10,677 nt of DNA from Paraspadella gotoi (Eukaryota > Animalia > Chaetognatha). This document shows, in pieces, positions 1 to 7,989 of this stretch. Position numbers and translations under genes: made by a program. The notes beneath the pieces were generated by a model. That model ran no database searches. It saw only the letters and a program-made list of their open reading frames with translations, and was not told where the DNA came from. Numbering within the stretch: position 1 is the first letter of the stretch; each line of letters opens with the position of its first letter. Where the stretch lies: assembly GCA_051294375.1 (NCBI GenBank), contig JBJCIZ010001477.1:1-10677 (forward strand). Direction: 5' to 3'.

Positions 1-32
1 GTAATCGAACCGACTTATCCTCACATCTCAGA

Positions 33-64
33 TCAAATTTGATGCTGAGAGTATTCCATTGGAC
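33..64 (-). CDS. Candidate terminal coding exon of an unidentified spliced minus-strand gene
   Basis: Minus strand has a polypyrimidine tract plus TAG acceptor (tttcttatcctcctctccccttatTAG|gtcc, AG at 66-65). In phase with the 295-446 exon it reads (G)PMEYSQHQI then TGA at 35-33. An alternative phase-0 frame (VQWNTLSIKFDLRCEDKSVRL) stays open to the window edge, so the frame is uncertain. Confidence 0.35.
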
Positions 65-179
65 CTAATAAGGGGAGAGGAGGATAAGAAAAAATTAATT
101 TCTAATTTCTAACTTCATTAGAATGAATTGTTTTAAAAATATTAATATTTAAATAATAATAAAAGTAAATAGCTAAAGC

Positions 180-272
180 GAAGGGGAAGAAAGAGATGAG
201 AGGAGAAAAAAAGAAAGACAGGAGAGAGAGAAGAGCGGAAGAGAAGTAAATTAAGAGAGAAGAGAGAGAAAG
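180..272. repeat. GA-rich low-complexity purine tract (putative intron)
   Basis: Almost purely A/G on the + strand (gaaggggaagaaagagatgagaggagaaaaaaagaaagacaggagagagag...). Confidence 0.8.
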
Positions 273-294
273 ATATAGCCCCCCTAGATCTCAC

Positions 295-446
295 CGATTT
301 TAGGGTTAAACGACCGGGCATTCCCAATGTCAATTATCTTTGACGGGCAGTTGGGTTTCCCCGTGCAAGATCGATGATGAATCGGTCGCGAGATGAGTTG
401 GATCGGACCCTCGCAATCAGGCGCCGGGCAATGAGAGTCGGGCCGG
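295..446 (-). CDS. Candidate internal exon (152 nt) of an unidentified minus-strand gene
   Basis: GC-richer island bounded on the - strand by acceptor atcatatcttcttcCAG| (449-447) and donor G|GTGAGA (GT at 294-293). One frame is fully open: RPDSHCPAPDCEGPIQLISRPIHHRSCTGKPNCPSKIIDIGNARSFNPKI. No family recognised. Confidence 0.5.
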
Positions 447-477
447 CTGGAAGAAGATATGATATGAATTTGATAAT

Positions 478-605
478 GTCTCTCTCTCTCTCTTTTCTCT
501 CTCTCTCCTTTCTCTCTCTCTCTGTGTGTCTCTGTGTCTTCTCTACTGTCTCTCTATCTTTCTGTGTGTCTCTCTTTTCTTTGTTCTCTCTCTCTCTCTT
601 TCTCT

Positions 606-663
<58 letters not shown>

Positions 664-684
664 TCTCCCATACCCTCTCTCTCA
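478..684. repeat. (CT)n/(GA)n microsatellite, imperfect, with a near-pure core at ~611-658
   Basis: Direct reading of long tctctc runs with interspersed tgtg/tttt variants. It explains the spurious SLSLSL/ERERER ORFs. Confidence 0.97.
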
Positions 685-685
685 C

Positions 686-805
686 AGCAATTTGCAAGAA
701 TCTCCTTCTTGTGCGACGGATTTTGCACTCGTTCGCTGAACGACTTCGTCTTCAACAACCTCTTTATCGTTTTGCACTGATATCCTTCTTGGCGTTGGAC
801 TGTAA
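686..805 (-). CDS. Candidate internal exon (120 nt, or 114 nt from the alternative AG) of the same minus-strand gene
   Basis: Minus-strand acceptor ttacattacttaCAG|ttaCAG| (AG at 807-806 or 801-800) and donor |GTGAGA (GT at 685-684). Frame YSPTPRRISVQNDKEVVEDEVVQRTSAKSVAQEGDSCKL ends in phase 2, matching the open frame of exon 295-446. Confidence 0.48.
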
Positions 806-1018
806 CTGTAAGTAATGTAATGTACGTAATAATGTAGACATGGGCAAGACAGTCGGAGACAGTAAAAGACAGTACATTGAAAAGCTTTGATAAAAGCGAC
901 GATTACCAAAAGATTAAAGAGTAGTGTAGGTTTGTAAAAAAAAAAAAACTATAAAACATTGTGAAAAAAATATTGTAAAATACAAAATAAACTATTCCTT
1001 ATTAACCAAAATTAACAC

Positions 1019-1111
1019 CTGATAAAATAAGTCGGGATCCCTGTTCGTCAGGCATTCCAGTATCGTTGAGTTCCTTTGCCTGACCGGCGCCTGTTGATCG
1101 CGTCACTACGA
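1019..1111 (-). other. Possible further exon (GC-richer island)
   Basis: Donor-like CAG|GTGTTA at 1021-1013 and weak acceptors (ctAAG| at 1114-1112 or cgTAG| at 1108-1106). The frame needed to join the downstream open frame contains a TGA; another frame is open (VVTRSTGAGQAKELNDTGMPDEQGSRLILS). Confidence 0.27.
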
Positions 1112-1187
1112 CTTAGAAGGATTATATCAATATTTCATTGTGACAGCTTTTGTTCGATATAACTTTAAGATGATATTTCTAATTTAC

Positions 1188-1257
1188 TCAGGCTTCGACG
1201 CTGGATGAGCTGGACAAATTGGTTTCAACGGCGCGGGCGTCTGTCGGCATTTTGACT
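1188..1257 (-). other. Possible further small exon (GC-richer island)
   Basis: T-rich tract plus AAG acceptor (1260-1258) and |GTAAAT donor (1187-1182) on the - strand. One open frame, SKCRQTPAPLKPICPAHPASKP. Confidence 0.22.
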
Positions 1258-1649
1258 CTTTAAAAAATAAACAATAAGAAAAGTAATAGAAAAAAAATAA
1301 AAAACGTTACTTTAAATTAAAATGTAATCTGAAAGGTTTAACAGGACAAAAGTTCCTGACTGTTTTTCCCCCTCTTTTTAAAAAAAAACTAGCATGTCCG
1401 TTTCGCATGGCAAAACTTTTGTGAAGATTCCCTTTCTTTTCAGCGATTGAATTTCTTCGAAAATCTTCGATGTCTTTTTCGGAAGTCCGGAGTTCTCTCC
1501 GTTAAGGCTGACATCTGTCGAGAATTGTGTAAAAACTACGCGATGCTTCACTTTGTCAAACCTTTGTCAAACTTCGTTGTATTTAAAAAAAAAAATGGAA
1601 TAATTTTTTAAATATATTATATCGTCCTGCAGCCCAAAGGAAAACTGAT

Positions 1650-2930
1650 CTATATTTATCTATTATTCTTCACTCTTGGTCTCAATTAACTCGGACTTCT
1701 CCTACGCAATATCTTTAAACCTCTTCTACCTCTTACTCCTCCTTATCTAACTGTATTACTAATATCCGCAGTTGCAATGTGTAATCGATATCTTGTAATC
1801 TTCATAACTGATTCCTACTGCGTCTCTCTTCTCAGTTTTCTCTGAATATATTACTCTCCTGTCCTCGTATAATCGCTGCTAGCTCCTATCCCTGCGATCT
1901 TCCTACTTATTTTCCCGTCAATCTCTCTCAACTCTCCGCTCTTCCTCCTCATCTTCTTCTCTTCTCCTCCGACTGTCAACTATATTATCTCCTGCTGCTC
2001 TACCTTCTGCCTGCCCTATCCCCTCCTTTCTTACAGGATTATCTCATTCCATACTCTCGTCTTCCCCTCCCTATCCTCGTTCCCTCTCCTCCTCCTCTTC
2101 CCTCCTCACCGTCGGGCCTACGAAACGTGCCTGAAGCCCGACACTTCCACACCTCTCCCCGACCCCCCCGGTTGCACTGGTTATCTGTCTCCTTCCTCGC
2201 TCCGCTTCCGACTGGTGACCCGTACCGTCTACGTCCTGTCCGTCCTCATCGTCGCAACAATCTCTCAGCGTGCGCCATCCACTTCCTCTCCTAATACCTC
2301 CGCATCCAATACGGCTACGTCCCTGCATCCGCCCTTGCTCGGCCGTTCCCAACTTCCTTCATCTCTACACGTCCACGAGCTGCCTCCCTGTTGGAGCGCG
2401 GGCGCGATGTCAGTTACGGCTCCTCCCTTAGTCTTGTCAGTGGTGCCACGGCGGTGCAACTCGCATATATTGCTCTAAAATCAGCATGTCTGCGCCAAGA
2501 AACGATAAGTCCAATCTTACCTATATAATGCGCTCTCTCACAACACACACTGCGCACTCCCTCTCTTGCCTCCCCTCTTGCGCAACAGCGTCTATTTAAC
2601 CATCTATACCTCCTTATAACACTTCGGTAATAAGCACTAGAAGACACATCCTCTACTATACGCCGCACACCACAATGGACTTTCAACGCAGTCTTTCTCC
2701 CTACTCCTCTTGCTCTTCCTTCTGCACCCACACACTCAGTTACAATACCAACTCACACACACCCATACAATACATGAAATCGCTCTCTTCCTCCCTCCTC
2801 CCTCTTTCTTGTCACAAACGCTTGCGTGACACACACACCATTCTCCACATCACATAACTGCGATCCCCCTCCCTCCTTCCTCTTCCGTCCTCGCGCCTTC
2901 CCATTCCCTCTCTAAACGCACTCATCATCA
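1650..2930. repeat. Long pyrimidine-skewed (C/T-rich, G-poor) low-complexity tract with degenerate CT, CCT and CA motifs
   Basis: The + strand is dominated by ctcctc/cttctc/cacac motifs with no clean periodicity. The ORFs here are short and compositionally biased. Confidence 0.7.
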
Positions 2931-4216
2931 TTCGTTCGAATTCACCAAGAACTTAAAAAATCAGGCAGATAGACACACAGAGACCAGAGGACAAGAGATA
3001 TATAGTATTCGAAGGATAGCACGTGAGCGACGTCTCCAGAGTCTGGCACGAGGAGAGCATTTTAGGCGGAAGGGGGGGGGAGGCGGCGGGGAGCGAACAG
3101 CTAAAGATAAAGAGATAGAAGAGAAATATACAAAAGATTTATTATGAGAGAAGAGATAAGGAGAAGTTCCTATAAATTTACCTAGAAAACGCCATGCGAA
3201 TCTTTCACACATAAAATTTGGAAAGAATAGCCTAGTCAAACCTTTATTAACTTAGATTTTGTTTGGAAAGACTTACGAATTAAGCGATTAAAATTTTTGG
3301 TACAAGATATTTGTATTGAATTAAGGTCTAGAGACTCTCAATGTGATCATAGAGCAAAAAGAGTCCTCAATCAATATCATTAATATCGACATACTAGGAG
3401 CTTCAATATACGGATTCCCGCGAGCGATTTAAAGTTAGAAATTAAGCGATGACTAAAGCACCTATGAGTGTCACGAGTCTGAGCGGTCTAAGCGTTAGGT
3501 AGATTCATATAGGCGTGTGAGGCGACGCTCAAGAGGATGTGTAAGTGTTACTCGCCACGCTCCCACAGGCAGCACTCTGAATATAGCCGGGTGTGACATG
3601 CGATCCTCACTGACTGGTGTACACCGAGAAGGCGTTGTCTCATGTGCAAACATATACCAACGCAGGTTCATCTCCAATCGATTCGAAATTTAGGTTTATG
3701 AGGGAGTACAATGTTGATGTGATTTTAGGTTTTCTCTTTACGACCTCTTCTTTTGAGTGTGAATAGGTTCTCTATCTTGCTGTGTATAGGTAAGCATGAT
3801 AACATTTTTTAGTGACTTGTTATAAATCTTCTTGATATAAACACAACACGATTGACTCTGAAATATAGAAGTACTCCAGAAGTTGACAGAGCGCGTCATC
3901 GAGAGAAAGAGTAGACGTATGGAATTGCCGAGTTGAGATGATGATCGTATGAGATCCGTAATCTATATGTGAAATTAATATAAAGGATTTTTTAATAAAA
4001 TAATGATTTAATCAATACTTGATTTGGTTTTTAAATATATTTTTGCTGTAGACTTTATATTTTTTATTAAACCTTTTATTTTTAATAAATTTTATTAATA
4101 ATATAATATTATATAATATAAAAAATATAAAGATGATCATTAGATTTTGATAAAATACTTACAAAAGTTATTCCTAAATTTTTGTGAAGAATAAATATTA
4201 AAAAAATAATATTTAG

Positions 4217-4275
4217 CAGTACTTACTAAAAATAAAATCAAAATACACAATATTAAACTTAAAAACTAAAAAAAA
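4217..4275 (+). repeat. Dispersed ~60-bp repeat, copy 1 (partner at 7380-7439)
   Basis: CAGTACT at 4217-4223 and a 32-bp exact match aaaataaaatcaaaatacacaatattaaactt (4229-4260 = 7390-7421), followed by aaaaactaaaa in both copies. Confidence 0.85.
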
Positions 4276-4875
4276 AATGGTTAAAATTAGTAAATATCAA
4301 AGTGTTTGGAAAATGGCCCAATTATTACTTTTGTGCCATGAGTAAATTGTTTTCTCCAAGAAATTGTAAACTTTTATTGTTTTTATAACAGATTCAAATC
4401 TAAAACAGTATTTCATAAAAAATTAAAGTAAAAATTTTGAATCTACTTGGTCTTGCCTTTTATTAGATTGCTAGATTGCATATATTATTTGATCAAGTAA
4501 TGTTTTGTGAATATGTATCAAACATAATAAACTAAGGGAAAATATTATATTTAATTAGTATGGCATTAGTATAGATTTATAAATGGCCAAAAATAAATAA
4601 GAAGTATATGTAAAAATTTATCTGGAAATAGTTAGGCAAACAAAAACTTTTCTTCCTTCTGTTTAGATATTTTGACTCTTTGGTGGAGAATTTAGTGATG
4701 ACCCTGAATGAGAGTGATGTTGTTTGTAAGAAAGTAATTAGTATATGGTAAAAGCTTGCTGCATGGTCTGGCTGATGCATCATTTTTTATTTTATTGCAA
4801 GTTAAACTAGTGTTAAACTTATAATAAAACTTATTAACTACAGTTCAAGTTTATTATACTATAGTTTAAACAGAA

Positions 4876-4904
4876 TGATTGATTAGTTCAGAACAAATCA
4901 ATCA
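4876..4904. repeat. Short near-perfect palindrome
   Basis: tgattgattagttc-a-gaacaaatcaatca: 14-bp arms with one mismatch and a 1-nt centre. Confidence 0.75.
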
Positions 4905-5122
4905 AAACCTTCTTTTCTTAAGTCAAACACAAAAAAAGGGAAAAAATTGAGGAAAAAACTGTATGAACCTAGTTTGATTGAATCTTAATATAAAAAAAAG
5001 TAATAATTATGAGTAAATGAAAAAAAACTGGCAGGTTTAGTCTTATGTCGTATTTTATGGAAGAATTCCAATGTACAATAGAAACATATGAAGCAAATTA
5101 TGTACCAATGAGCATTTAATTT

Positions 5123-5944
5123 GTGGTTCACTTATTTATAAAGGTTTGATATAAAAGAAAACAAGTTTTATTCAGCATTAACAACGATTTTATTAATAAT
5201 AAAGGTTTCGACTCTAGCTTTTATGAGTCTTCTTTAGCGGTTTGACTCAACAGATTTCGGTTTCACAAAGATTCCCTTCCAACAAAGAATTGAAGAAAAG
5301 ATAGTGGTCAGAAATGAGGATCGGTTGAGGTGAGAATAGGGAAGAAGAAGAGAGTGAATAAATTTGAAAACTAGTAAAAGAGATAGAGATAGAGAGAAAG
5401 TGAGAGGGAAAAATTATTATATTAAGCAATATACAACAAAGATAGATTTAAATTAAGCAACTTAATTTTAAACTAAAGAAATAATAATAATAAAGGTAAA
5501 TAAGTTAGATAATGAGATGTAAGTAAAATGAAATAGAAAAATAAGTGGTTAGGGAGGATAAGATAAGAGTAAGGGAAAATAAGTAAAAGAAAAGAGCTCA
5601 AAATTGCCAAATGTAGTGATTTTTCCCTCTCCTTACCAGTTTCAAATTTATTCTCACTCTCTCTCCTTCCCTATCCTCACCTTCTCTGTCTTCCATCTAT
5701 CCTTTTCTTATTTCTTTGTTGGAAACTTTCTTTCTCTCTCTCTCTCTCTCTCACCAACTCAATGTTTGTGAAACCAAAATCTGTAGAGTCAAACCGCTGA
5801 TGAAGACTCGAAAAGCAAGAGTCAAAATATATCCGACCTTTATTGTGATAAAATTGTTATTGCTAAAAAATATAATGAAAAAAAAGATTAAACACAACGT
5901 TTTGACTATAATAACCTTGTATGCATTTAATAGTACCTCACCAC
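5123..5944. mobile_element. Foldback/MITE-like element with long imperfect inverted arms (core arms ~5171-5430 and ~5603-5865, spacer ~170 bp)
   Basis: Left arm gagtcttctttagcggtttgactcaacagatttcggtttcacaaagatt matches the reverse complement of right arm aatgtttgtgaaaccaaaatctgtagagtcaaaccgctgatgaagactc. Also ttccaacaaagaa/ttctttgttggaa, gaataaatttgaaa/tttcaaatttattc and gagagggaaaaat/atttttccctctc. The outer limits (gtggt 5123 / accac 5944) are less certain. The inverted repeat is certain; the transposon identity is inferred. Confidence 0.7.
5733..5752. repeat. (TC)n microsatellite inside the right arm of the foldback
   Basis: tctctctctctctctctctc, with no counterpart at the equivalent position of the left arm. 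Confidence 0.85.
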
Positions 5945-6065
5945 TTTTTAAAATATTGACTATTTTATATTTTATAGTTAAAAGATAGTCATATGATTAA
6001 ATTTTTTATATAATCACCTGCCAGCACACCTATAACATTTCATAATAAGTCGAATAGCGATAAAA

Positions 6066-6090
6066 ACCGAAGCGAACCGAACCGAACCGA
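6066..6090 (+). repeat. (ACCGA)5 pentamer tandem in the putative LINE 5' UTR
   Basis: accga agcga accga accga accga. Confidence 0.8.
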
Positions 6091-6237
6091 GCTCCGCTAA
6101 ATCTTAATATTTTTTTTCACCAAAACTGAACGCAGCTGGACTGCGTTGACTTTTTTACGGATCCTGGGGCAATTTTGCTTCCTCTTCCCTATGATTTTCA
6201 ACGGGAAGGAGATACGAAGAATCTAGCAGCGTCCACC

Positions 6238-7320
6238 ATGGCTGCTTCGACCAAAATAATCGTGAATGAACTTTTATACTACGTTCAAAACCGAATAGAA
6301 ACAACTCCTGACTATACAATAAATGCTACTTGTGTAAACTTTTATAGTCCTGAAGAAATAGAAAGTGCAAAAATTGAACTGCAAAAAACTGTCGAAAATG
6401 CGAGTTCAATGGAAGGACGGAGAAACTTTCCAAGACGCAAAGATCCGAAAAAATCTATAGAAGACATAATAACGATCTTTAAAGTCTGTGATTGCGCTGA
6501 TGAACCTCTCCCCATGTTCGTCTCCAAAAATATAAACAAAGTTCCACACGATGAGGCTGGAAATCAGTCCTTATTGTCAATCCTGACCTGTCTTTCTAAG
6601 CTGGAAAAACGGGTCACTGAAATCGCTACTACAACTGTCACCAAGGAGTATCTATCCCAAGTCCTTGAATCACATAAGAAATCGGAAACCACTGAAAATA
6701 TAGATAATGGAGAGAACTCAAATAAGCCAAAGCATTTCTTTGAACAATTGATAAATTCTCCAACGCCAAAAGCAAATTTTCGGCAAACGCTTATAAAGGA
6801 TTTTGCAAAAACCGGCAAAGGAGACTCCCCTATTATCTCGAATAATACACTCCTTACACCGCCACCGCCAGTTATGCGTGGATGGAACAAAGTTACATCA
6901 AAGAATAACAAAACCTCAATTGAAAAAGCGCGTACAGAAAGATCCTCGACTAAACGATCTAATTCTGACATAATAATAGGTAAATCTGTTTCTAATGGTA
7001 CTCTTTCCTGGAAAGGTGCTGATCTCACGGTTCATAGATACATTGGAAATGTTGATCATGATACAGACAATGAAACAATAACAAAATATTTAGAAAGCAA
7101 GGGCATCAATGTCATTGGCTTAGAAGAAAACCCATGCCGTCAAAATCGATTTAAATCATATCATCTGACAATCAAAAAATCCGATGTGGAAAAAATTGAC
7201 AATCCAGAACTTTGGCCCGAAAATGTAATAGTACGTCGGTTCTTTTTTCCAAGAAAAAAAGAAAATAAAGATATAACACCCGTTGCTCAACCAACTATCA
7301 TTAATAATGAACCAAAGTAA
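6238..7320 (+). CDS. LINE ORF1 protein (360 aa; nucleic-acid-binding/chaperone type with coiled-coil and C-terminal RRM-like domain)
   Basis: ATG at 6238 in a strong Kozak context (cCACCATGG); uninterrupted to TAA 7318-7320. The N-terminal NELLYYVQN...FYSPEEIESAK...LPMFV, short coiled-coil (LLSILTCLSKLEKRVTEI), low-complexity linker and C-terminal YIGNV...FKSYHLTI...LWPENVIVRRF resemble ORF1s of invertebrate CR1/L2-group LINEs (recognised from memory, not searched). It lies directly upstream of an APE start. Confidence 0.85.
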   Translation: MAASTKIIVNELLYYVQNRIETTPDYTINATCVNFYSPEEIESAKIELQKTVENASSMEGRRNFPRRKDPKKSIEDIITIFKVCDCADEPLPMFVSKNINKVPHDEAGNQSLLSILTCLSKLEKRVTEIATTTVTKEYLSQVLESHKKSETTENIDNGENSNKPKHFFEQLINSPTPKANFRQTLIKDFAKTGKGDSPIISNNTLLTPPPPVMRGWNKVTSKNNKTSIEKARTERSSTKRSNSDIIIGKSVSNGTLSWKGADLTVHRYIGNVDHDTDNETITKYLESKGINVIGLEENPCRQNRFKSYHLTIKKSDVEKIDNPELWPENVIVRRFFFPRKKENKDITPVAQPTIINNEPK

Positions 7321-7379
7321 TAATGGACTCCTTTTATCGACCCACAATGTAAACGGGTTTCATCACAGCAGAGATTACA
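7307..7379 (+). pseudogene. Truncated N-terminus of LINE ORF2 (APE endonuclease motif I)
   Basis: ATG at 7307 gives MNQSNNGLLLSTHNVNGFHHSRDY; THNVNG corresponds to the (S/T)xNVNG first motif of APE-type endonucleases. The frame then runs into unrelated AT-rich sequence and stops at 7394-7396. Confidence 0.85.
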
Positions 7380-7439
7380 CAGTACTCCTAAAATAAAATC
7401 AAAATACACAATATTAAACTTTAAAAACTAAAAGAAAAT
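7380..7439 (+). repeat. Dispersed ~60-bp repeat, copy 2, starting exactly at the LINE breakpoint
   Basis: cagtactcctaaaataaaatcaaaatacacaatattaaactttaaaaactaaaa versus 4217 cagtacttactaaaaataaaatcaaaatacacaatattaaacttaaaaactaaaa. Confidence 0.85.
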
Positions 7440-7861
7440 AAAAAATTTAAAATTTATAATTATATTCTTCATAACTTTTTAGAATTTTTGAGCTCTTTAT
7501 GGCTTAAAATTGAATTTCATGATCATTTATATTTTTGGTCTTTAAAAGACATTAAACTGTCTAAAAAAACTGATCGAAAGGAACTCTCAAAGCTTCAAAT
7601 ATAATATCCTTATTTTTGCCAAAAATTGAAGCTTGAGAAATGGAATTTAATATTTATTTTAAAGTTATTAGAATTTAGTTATTAGATAAATACAGTAACT
7701 TTTAGGCTGGGTGCGAGTCTTGGGGGCATTTCAAATCATTATATTAAGTTGGTGGGTAGGTTGTCGTTCTGTCAGTCTATCTGACTTAAATTTTAAATGT
7801 TCATAATCGTTTTATGCTACATATTATTTAAATGGAATGTGTAATATTATTATATATGTGT

Positions 7862-7867
7862 TTTATT
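7862..7867 (-). promoter_or_regulatory. Putative polyadenylation signal at the LINE 3' end
   Basis: The - strand reads cgAATAAAacacatatataataatatt, about 130 nt after the end of recognisable ORF2. Confidence 0.5.
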
Positions 7868-7989
7868 CGTTTACTCAATTATTAACTACATTCAAAAGGG
7901 ATACAGCATTACAGATAAACGCATAATTGTACAGTTTACAATTTCAACAAAATATAAATATTTAAATACAGAACGAAAAAAAAGAATAA

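Larger units (their letters stand above)
6015..7379 (+). mobile_element. 5' part of a CR1/L2-group non-LTR retrotransposon (5' UTR, ORF1, first 24 codons of ORF2)
   Basis: Shift from AT-rich flank to a GC-richer leader at about 6015-6050 (5' boundary approximate), an ORF1-type protein, then an overlapping frame with the APE motif THNVNGF that stops abruptly at 7379. Confidence 0.85.

Noticed and set aside
295-446. Stop-codon reassignment (TAA read as Gln) to rescue the second exon frame
   Set aside because: Only one TAA is involved, another frame is fully open, and the 360-codon ORF1 has no internal TAA/TAG and ends in TAA at the expected place.
374-815. ORFs 374-739, 526-780, 534-815 (+) and 543-758 (-)
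   Set aside because: They are open only because they cross the (CT)n microsatellite (SLSLSL/ERERER translations).
1551-1572. 11-bp tandem duplication ctttgtcaaac x2
   Set aside because: Real, but only two units and no supportable function; not a CRISPR-like or larger array.
2071-3239. Several 60-105-aa ORFs in the skewed tract
   Set aside because: Short, overlapping on both strands, compositionally biased, with no recognisable motifs or splice pattern.
6129-6156. Hairpin plus T run resembling a bacterial intrinsic terminator
   Set aside because: Eukaryotic retroelement leader; kept only as possible RNA structure.
6175-6237. Upstream TTG start given by the ORF track for ORF1
   Set aside because: Eukaryotic context; the ATG at 6238 has a strong Kozak sequence and sits just before the conserved NELL motif.
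6564-7028. 154-aa antisense ORF (and 6342-6539, 7156-7347)
   Set aside because: Shadow frames of the well-supported ORF1; no independent evidence.
6007-7856. TATATAAT at 6007-6014 and on the - strand at 7856-7849 as the LINE target-site duplication
   Set aside because: Positionally plausible, but an 8-bp AT-only match overlapping the simple tail is too likely by chance to call.
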